Shown piece by piece: positions 30,633 to 36,867 of a stretch of DNA of 64,000 nucleotides. The stretch is from NCBI GenBank assembly GCA_040901965.1, contig JBBDYB010000012.1, positions 50,087-114,086 on the forward strand, read 5' to 3'. The notes under the pieces were generated by a model, which saw only the letters and a list, made by a program, of their open reading frames with translations, did not search any database and had not been told where the DNA came from. This DNA is from Gemmatimonadales bacterium. GTDB taxonomy: Bacteria > Gemmatimonadota > Gemmatimonadetes > Gemmatimonadales > GWC2-71-9. Position numbers and translations under genes: made by a program. The stretch's first letter is position 1. Each line of letters starts with the position of its first letter.

Positions 30633-30982
30633 TGGCGAAGCGCTACGTCCCCGGCCGCGGCGATGTAGTGTGGGTGTCGCTCAACCCGCAGGCGGGGCAC
30701 GAGCAGGCCGGCCGGCGACCGGCGCTGGTCGTCTCGCCCCGCGCCTATAACGCCAAAGTCGGCCTGGCGATCCTCTGTCCCATCACGACGAAGACAAAGG
30801 GTTATCCGTTCGAGGTCGCACTTCCACAGGGGCTGGACGCGTCGGGCGTCGTCTTGGCGGACCAGGTGAAGAGCCTGGACTGGCGAGCGCGGCGCGCGGC
30901 CCTCCTGGCCCGCGTTCCGACGCAGACGGTCACGGAGGTCCTCGGCAAGCTCGGCACATTGCTGGCGGAAGGCGAGGTCTGA
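30632..30982 (+). CDS. mazF: MazF/PemK-family endoribonuclease toxin
   Basis: The GTG overlaps the mazE stop (TAGTG). VAKRYVPGRGDVVWVSLNPQAGHEQAGRRPALVVSP...TKTKGYPFEVAL...LADQVKSLDWRAR closely parallels E. coli MazF. Confidence 0.9.
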   Translation: MAKRYVPGRGDVVWVSLNPQAGHEQAGRRPALVVSPRAYNAKVGLAILCPITTKTKGYPFEVALPQGLDASGVVLADQVKSLDWRARRAALLARVPTQTVTEVLGKLGTLLAEGEV

Positions 30983-31023
30983 ACGACTGCTTCACGCCCT
31001 CGCTCGCCGCTGTCGCGGCGTCG

Positions 31024-31135
31024 CGCCGACCCGTTGGACCGGCTGCTCAGCGTGCAGGCGCTGGATGAAGGGCTCACGATCCTGACCGCGGATCGCGTGT
31101 TCGAGCTGTATCGCGTGCCGGTGGTGTGGGTCTGA
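31024..31135 (+). pseudogene. displaced 3-prime remnant of a vapC paralogue
   Basis: Encodes ADPLDRLLSVQALDEGLTILTADRVFELYRVPVVWV*. The intact gene at 30114-30225 encodes ADPFDRLLIAQALDEGLTILTSDRAFEPYRVPVVWV*. There is no upstream PIN sequence or start codon. Confidence 0.8.
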
Positions 31136-31253
31136 GGGCACCTGCGGTTTTCGGGCCCGGCCAGGACGACAAACGATGACGCGGGCCGCAGCGCCCCGGC
31201 TGATGTTCAGCCATGCCGTTCCCTTGCCCACCGAGCGCCGAGGAGCAGATACT

Positions 31254-31802
31254 ATGGGCATGGCCGCCCCGACTTATTGGACCGCCGACATGGTCCGGCA
31301 GCTTCCCGACGACGGCAATCGTTACGAAGTCGTCCACGGGGAGCTGCTGGTGACCCCCGCGCCCCGCTTCGACCACCAGCTCTTGGTGAGCCGGGTAGCT
31401 GTCGCCATCGCCAAGTACTTGGAGGAGGAGCCCGTCGGGATCATGTTGACGTCGCCCGCCGACATTTCCTGGGGGCGGGACGTTTTGGTGCAGCCCGACG
31501 TGTTCGTCGTCCCCCGTGATGAGGCGAAGAATCGCGACTGGTCCCGCATCCGGACCCTGCTGCTCGTTGTCGAAGTGCTGAGTCCCTCGACGGCCCGGGC
31601 CGACCGGTTCACGAAACGCCATCGGTATCAGGATGCGGGGGTGCCGTTGTACTGGCTCGTCGACGGAGAGGAGCAGCGGGTCGAGGTCTGGACGCCCGAC
31701 TCGGAGCTGCCGGTGATGGAGACGCAGCAGCTGGTCTGGCGCCCGGCAGGAGCCGGGCAAGCGTTCACGCTGGCGTTGGCCGAGCTGTTTCGTCCTGTCT
31801 GA
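31254..31802 (+). CDS. Uma2-family putative endonuclease
   Basis: [37 protein letters not shown]...[36 protein letters not shown]. This is the real part of ORF 31176..31802. Confidence 0.85.
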   Translation: MGMAAPTYWTADMVRQLPDDGNRYEVVHGELLVTPAPRFDHQLLVSRVAVAIAKYLEEEPVGIMLTSPADISWGRDVLVQPDVFVVPRDEAKNRDWSRIRTLLLVVEVLSPSTARADRFTKRHRYQDAGVPLYWLVDGEEQRVEVWTPDSELPVMETQQLVWRPAGAGQAFTLALAELFRPV

Positions 31803-31808
31803 GAGCTT

Positions 31809-32357
31809 TCACAGCGGCCGGAAGAGGTCCTCGAGCAACAGCATGAGCGGGGTCCGTGCACCCGCGGGCTGCCACGATAGCCGCTCGCGCTCGATGCGTG
31901 GGAACCGTGCCTCTGGCGTCCACACCTCCACCGCGTGTGCGTCCCCGTCCACAATCCAGTACAAGGGCACCCCCTGCTCCTGAAACAGGCGGCGCTTCGT
32001 GAAACGGTCGTGGCGCTTGGACGACGGGCTGAGCACTTCCACCACGAGCAACAGGTGGCGGATCTGCGCCCAGTCGTTCGTGCGGGCCTCTTCGAGCGGC
32101 ACCACGATGATGTCGGGAGAGACCAGCGTGTCCGGCCCGTACGAGATGTCCGACCGCGAGCCGAACACATGCCCCACCGGTTCGGCGCGAGCGTAGGCCC
32201 GGAGGGCATCGAAGATCCGCCCCCACACGATCTCGTGCCACGGTTTGGGTGCCGGGGTCACGAGCAGCTCGCCGTGGACGACCTCGTACTTGTTGCCGTC
32301 CTCGGGGAGTGCGCGCACCATGTCGGCCGTGTAGTAGATCGGGGCGGGCATGCCCAT
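31809..32357 (-). CDS. Uma2-family putative endonuclease (convergent paralogue)
   Basis: [37 protein letters not shown]...[36 protein letters not shown]. The stop lies 6 nt from the stop of the + strand paralogue. Confidence 0.85.
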   Translation of the reverse strand: MGMPAPIYYTADMVRALPEDGNKYEVVHGELLVTPAPKPWHEIVWGRIFDALRAYARAEPVGHVFGSRSDISYGPDTLVSPDIIVVPLEEARTNDWAQIRHLLLVVEVLSPSSKRHDRFTKRRLFQEQGVPLYWIVDGDAHAVEVWTPEARFPRIERERLSWQPAGARTPLMLLLEDLFRPL

Positions 32358-32495
32358 AGTATCGGCTCCTCGGCGAGCGCTCGGCAAGAGGTCCACACGC
32401 CTCCGCAGTCTGGCGCATCGCCGGCCCGGGGGCGCCATCGTTTTCACGCGGGGAAGGGCGAATTGCTGCGTCGTCCGAGGCCACGCACAGTGCGT

Positions 32496-32678
32496 TACGT
32501 CAACGCGCCGACGATCGGCGCGGAAGCCCATCTCCCCTTCGGCGGCGTGAAGCAGACCGGCAACGGCCACCGCGAAGGGGGATGGGAGGTCTACGACTTC
32601 TACTGCGAGACCAAGGTCGTGTACGTCGACTACTCGGGGACGTTACAGCGGGCGCAGATCGACACGGAGGTTTCGTAG
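32496..32678 (+). pseudogene. displaced 3-prime fragment of aldehyde dehydrogenase
   Basis: Encodes [60 protein letters not shown]. The intact gene at 28700-28882 encodes [60 protein letters not shown]. By-eye nucleotide identity is roughly 90 percent, with mostly third-position differences. Confidence 0.85.
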
Positions 32679-32682
32679 CCTC

Positions 32683-33150
32683 CTACGAGGGGCTGGGTTC
32701 GAAGCATCCACCGCTCGGGAACGGGCCGGGCTCCGCTCCGACCAGTGATTCGCTGATTGTGAGCACGTCTCCGTTGACGGTGCCGACGATCGTAATCCCG
32801 GAGGAACCTGGCGCCGTGAAGGGAATCCGAATCGTGACGGCGCCCGCCTCATGCAAGCTGCCGGTCACCGGGCCAAAGGCATCCGGACGTACGCCGACGT
32901 CACCTGCGAACCAGAGGCCGACGCGACCGCGAACCTGCATGGCGTCGAGCGAGTCGATGATAATGGTGACCCGGAGGCCGGTGTTGAGAGAGGGTGCCTC
33001 GCGCACCATGGGAACGCTCGCGTAACGCCACTCGCCGAGGATTACCCCCAAGTCCCGGCGTGGCAGCGCGGTCGGCCCTTGGGAGCACGCGCCGAGCAAC
33101 CCCGTGGCAAACGACAGCAGCACGACGCGACGCAAGCGATGAGTGTGCAT
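32683..33150 (-). CDS. hypothetical lipoprotein
   Basis: 155 aa with a lipobox in MHTHRLRRVVLLSFATGLLGAC. It is the last gene of the minus-strand cluster. Confidence 0.6.
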   Translation of the reverse strand: MHTHRLRRVVLLSFATGLLGACSQGPTALPRRDLGVILGEWRYASVPMVREAPSLNTGLRVTIIIDSLDAMQVRGRVGLWFAGDVGVRPDAFGPVTGSLHEAGAVTIRIPFTAPGSSGITIVGTVNGDVLTISESLVGAEPGPFPSGGCFEPSPS

Positions 33151-33176
33151 GATGCCCTCCGGGTGCCCCGCTTTCC

Positions 33177-34627
33177 CTATTTGATCAGTCCCAATGCGCG
33201 CGCGATGTTGATCCTGCCGTGCCCGTAGATCGGATCCACACCGGGCTCGCCGAGGTCATCGGTCGACTGGAGGATCCGCGCACGGATCAGCGCGGGATTG
33301 CCGTGGCCCAGTTGCGCCACCAGCAGCGCCGCGAGTCCCGCGACGGTGGGCGCCGCGAAGCTCGTGCCACGGCCAAAACCTGTGACAAGCCGGCGCGCCC
33401 GGCAGGGCGGGATAGGCGTGGTTGTCGTCGGGGTCGTCGTGCACAGAAGCGTCACCCCCCGGAACTGACCTGCAATGCCGTCGCCGCCGGGCGCCGCCAC
33501 GTCGACGGCGGAGCGGCCGAAGGCGGTGTACGACGCCGGCGCGTCCACGTTTTGCCATGGCCCGTTGATCCCCGCCGAGGCGGTCGGGCCGGTGGCGGAG
33601 ACGCAAATCGCGTTGGCGGCCTCACAGGGCAGCCGCACCAAATCCCCATTGTGATCGAGGTCGGCGCTGTCGTTAAAGGGCAAGGAGACGAGGAGGGCGC
33701 CCTTCCGAAAGGCGTAATTCGCCGCCCGCTCGAAAGCCGCCACGATCCCCGGGTTCGCGCTCTTGTCGCGCTCGTGGCCCCAGCTGACGTTGATCACGTC
33801 GGCGCCCTGATCCGCGGCATACACGATACCGCTGAGGAGCCGGCCAACAGACCTCGCGTTGGTCGAGTCGGCGATCTTCACGGCGAGGAGCGTGACGTAA
33901 CGGTTCACCCCGGCCAGCATCGTCGCGTTGCTCGCGACGACGCCCGCGACGGCGGTGCCGTGCCAGAAGAGGTCGCTGAAGGGGAGCCGCCCGGGGTAGC
34001 GTGCCGCGACGTTCTCCTCCGTCACGAACGACGTGGAACGCTCGAGGTCAACGAGCCCGACAGGTCGGGTTGCAGGTAGTCGATGCCGGTATCGAGGATC
34101 GCGACTACGACGTCGCGCGAGCCCAAGTGACCGGCCGCCCACGCCTCGGGCGCGAACACGGCCCGCATGTTCCATTGCCGCGCGTAGAACTGAGCCAACG
34201 TCGGCGACGCCGTGGCATCCGCGGGCATGAGCGCCTCGCTCGACATCGGCTCGGCGACGGCGTCGGCGGCCTCGTCGTCATCCCGCAGGCTCATGACGAC
34301 GTCGGGCTCCACAGCTCGGATGTCCGCTGCCGCCGCCAACTCGGCCGCCGCAGCTTCAGGAAGGCCGGTGACGGTGGCCACACCGATGCTGTCGAGCGCA
34401 GCCTCAATGGAGCCGCCCAACTTCGAGACCCGCTCACCGAAGTCGGCCGGCACGCGCTCGGCCGCGAAGAGTACGAGGTAGCGGCCGAGCTGGTCGGCAG
34501 ACGTTACACTCGCGGCAAGCACCGCATCGCGACCGGACTGTGTAGGCACGCGTGCATCGCTGCAGCCTTGGAGCGCCAGCGCGGCGACAGCGGCCAACAC
34601 GAAGATGTTCGATGAACTGCGATTCAT
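33177..34627 (-). pseudogene. subtilisin-like S8 serine protease with I9 propeptide, interrupted by a -1 frameshift
   Basis: ORF 34022..34627 carries a lipoprotein signal (LALQGC), an inhibitor-I9-like propeptide and the catalytic Asp (VVAILDTGID). ORF 33177..34175 carries the His (HGTAVAG) and Ser (GTSFAAPTVAG). The frames join at ~34056: ...PDLSG|LVDLERSTSF would be restored by one extra G in the run. Confidence 0.8.
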
Positions 34628-34680
34628 GACTCACCTCTGATGATCGTGGTTCGGTCTGAAAGCGGGCCTCGCCCTTCGTC

Positions 34681-36189
34681 TCACGGCCAAGCCCTGTTCG
34701 AAAAGTCGGAATACCCGCCGTCCTTGGCGGCAACGACGTCGAACCCCAGGTACAGGTACCAATAGCTGTTCGTGTCCGTGGCGCGGTAGCTCGTCGAGTT
34801 GGCAGGGAGCTGGGCGATGACCTCTCGGCCGAAATCACCTATCAAGACATGGTAGCCATCTTCGACGGCGGAGTTGTCCGTCCACGTGAGCTCGACCGTG
34901 TACTCATCGACCGCTATCAGAACCAAGTTGGTCGGGCCCGCAGGCGGCGCCGTGCAGTCGACGTTCGATGAGGGCGAGTCGCCCTGGCCGTTGAAAGCGA
35001 TGACGCGATAGCACACCTGCACCTCGCTGACGCGCGCCGAGTCCGCGACCGGTCCGCCCCAGCCACCAGTCATCCCGACGTGAACCCAGCTCGCTCCACC
35101 GTCGGTCGACCGCTCGACACGAAACCCGTCCTCGTTGGTCGAGTTGTCGACCCAGTTGACCTGGATCGTGGTACTGGAGCTCGGCGCGGCATTCGCGTTC
35201 GCCGGCGCGGTCGGTGGCGCGCTGGCGGAGGCGGCGCTCGCGAAGTCGGAGGAGTAGGAGTATCCGCCATCCTTCTTCGCCCGCACCTTGTAGTAGTACG
35301 TCTTGTCGGCGATCACCCCGGCGTCGCGGTAGGCGGTGCTGTTCGCGGGCACGTCGGCCACGGCAGCCCAGGGCTCGTCCGGCGCAGCGCGCTGCACCTC
35401 GTAGCCGTCCTCCGTCGCGGAGTTGTCCGTCCACGCGAGATCGATCGCCGGTCCGGTCACGCCGATCGCGGTGAGGCCGCTCGGCCATGCCGGCGGTGTC
35501 GTGCAGTCCACGTTCGAGAACGCGGAGGTGCCCTGGGCGTTGAACGCCAAGGCCCGGTAGCACACCTGTTGCTCGGTCGCTAGTCCACCCAGCGTGAACG
35601 ACGTGGCATTGGGCCCAAATGTACTGACGAACGTCCAGGGTCCGGTGCTCGCGGCCGAGCGCTCGACGCGGAATCCATCCTCGTTGTCCGAATTATCGAT
35701 CCAAGAAACGGAGATGTGCTCACTGGTCAGCGGCACGACCGCCATTTCCGATGGTGCGTTCACGGGCGGCAGTGGTGGGGCGAACGTGGTCGCGCAGGCG
35801 GTGGTGGAGAACGCCGAGTAGCTGGTATTGCCTCCGGTAGTCCGAAACGCGCGGACCTTGTAGCAATACTGCGTCGAGGGATCGACCCCCGCGTCGCTAT
35901 AGCTAGTGATGTTCGCGCCAGTGGTGGCCCGCAGCGTGTACGCGCCGCTGGGCCCTGTGATCGAGCGGTGAACCTCGAAGCCGCTCTCATTGCTGGAGTT
36001 GTCTTGCCAGGTGAGGTCGATCTGGTTGTGCGAGACAGCACTTGCGCTGAGGCTCGCCGGAGTGTTTACCAGGGCGAAAGAGGGCGCGAGCGGATCGCGC
36101 TGGTCACAGCCGATGAGGAGCGAACCAAGCAGCAGGGGAACGGCCAAGCAGCGGTGGCGCACGTCGATCATGGGGCCTCCCGCGAGCAC
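34681..36189 (-). CDS. lipoprotein with five tandem fibronectin type III domains
   Basis: The lipobox is LLIGC. There are five repeats of the signature W-x-D-N-S-x-x-E-x-G-(F/Y)-x-V-x-R: LTWQDNSSNESGFEVHR, VSWIDNSDNEDGFRVER, LAWTDNSATEDGYEVQR, VNWVDNSTNEDGFRVER and LTWTDNSAVEDGYHVLI. Confidence 0.85.
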   Translation of the reverse strand: MLAGGPMIDVRHRCLAVPLLLGSLLIGCDQRDPLAPSFALVNTPASLSASAVSHNQIDLTWQDNSSNESGFEVHRSITGPSGAYTLRATTGANITSYSDAGVDPSTQYCYKVRAFRTTGGNTSYSAFSTTACATTFAPPLPPVNAPSEMAVVPLTSEHISVSWIDNSDNEDGFRVERSAASTGPWTFVSTFGPNATSFTLGGLATEQQVCYRALAFNAQGTSAFSNVDCTTPPAWPSGLTAIGVTGPAIDLAWTDNSATEDGYEVQRAAPDEPWAAVADVPANSTAYRDAGVIADKTYYYKVRAKKDGGYSYSSDFASAASASAPPTAPANANAAPSSSTTIQVNWVDNSTNEDGFRVERSTDGGASWVHVGMTGGWGGPVADSARVSEVQVCYRVIAFNGQGDSPSSNVDCTAPPAGPTNLVLIAVDEYTVELTWTDNSAVEDGYHVLIGDFGREVIAQLPANSTSYRATDTNSYWYLYLGFDVVAAKDGGYSDFSNRAWP

Positions 36190-36391
36190 TGATCTCGCGT
36201 TGGTTGACGCGGACGTGGTACGGACCGCCGGGGAGGGGTTGCTCAGGTGAGACTCAACAGGTCAGCGAGAGAACAGAGCGTGAAGGGGGAACGGGGAGAA
36301 GCGGCGGGCGATCCCTCGGCTTAGCGGCTAGTGGCGCGCAGCGGAGCTCTGCGCGGCTAGTGAAGCGTTGTTGACGCCGGTTCCTTGATCG

Positions 36392-36842
36392 CTAAGGCCT
36401 CCGGGCAGGAAGCAAGTCCCCGGCTGGGTGGTTCGTCAGGTTGACGAGCGCCGTGCCGTCGGCGTTCATCACGTAGACCTCGAAGTTCCCGCCGCGGTCG
36501 CTGTCAAAGGCGATCTTTGAGCCGTTGGGGGACCAGGCAGGAAACGCGTCCTTCGCCGGGTGGTTCGTCAGGTTGACGAGCGCCGTGCCGTCGGCGTTCA
36601 TCACGTAGATTTCCCAGTTGCCGTCGCGTCCAGGTCACGGCGCGGTACGGGAGCTCGTTGCCGGCTGCGTCTTTGACCTTCCCGTCAGCTGTAGCGTCTG
36701 GCCCATCACGATGCCAGCTACCGCGGGCGAGACTTCGACCGAGGCCGGCGGCATAGGCGGCGCGGTGGACTCGTTGCCGCAAGCGACGAGAACGAGTATT
36801 GCGGGGCAAAACAGCCGCGAGATGTGTCCCGACTCTTTCATT
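36392..36842 (-). pseudogene. decayed lipoprotein gene (Big_2 start fused out of frame to PD40/TolB-like repeats)
   Basis: ATG 36842 gives MKESGHISRLFCPAILVLVACGNES..VEVSPAVAGIVMGQTLQLTG. A frameshift then leads to KVKDAAGNELPYRAVTWT. A further shift leads into DGNWEIYVMNADGTALVNLTNHPAKDAFPAWSPNGSKIAFDSDRGGNFEVYVMNADGTALVNLTNHPAGD. Three frames are needed to read it. Confidence 0.6.
36426..36609. repeat. perfect 52-nt direct repeat, 132-nt period
   Basis: GGGTGGTTCGTCAGGTTGACGAGCGCCGTGCCGTCGGCGTTCATCACGTAGA occurs at 36426-36477 and again at 36558-36609. One PD40 blade is 44 aa, which equals 132 nt. Confidence 0.9.
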
Positions 36843-36867
36843 TGCCCCTCCTGCGTTCCGGACAGCC

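Larger units (their letters stand above)
28883..32495. mobile_element. putative integrated TA/Uma2 islet (no recombinase present)
   Basis: The segment is bounded by the stop of the intact aldehyde dehydrogenase gene and by a displaced, diverged copy of that gene's 3-prime end. Its content is entirely accessory: three Uma2 genes, phd-vapC, mazEF and a vapC remnant. Mobility is inferred from this architecture only. Confidence 0.45.

Noticed and set aside
28883-32495. Search for an integrase, transposase, tRNA gene or terminal inverted repeats that would define the islet as a canonical mobile element.
   Set aside because: None was found on either strand, and all coding capacity is accounted for by Uma2, TA genes and remnants. 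The mobile-element call therefore rests only on the displaced gene-end architecture and carries low confidence.
31935-32678. 247-aa plus-strand ORF ending in aldehyde-dehydrogenase-like sequence.
   Set aside because: Only the last ~60 codons are real, displaced aldH sequence. The upstream 185 codons are the antisense shadow of the minus-strand Uma2 gene. I annotated a 3-prime gene fragment instead.
36190-36391. Intergenic region with the direct repeat GCGGCTAGTG x2 flanking a GCGCAG...CTGCGC stem.
   Set aside because: The elements are short, with a 6-bp stem and no flanking U-tract or promoter-like hexamers that I could align convincingly. The evidence is insufficient for a feature call.
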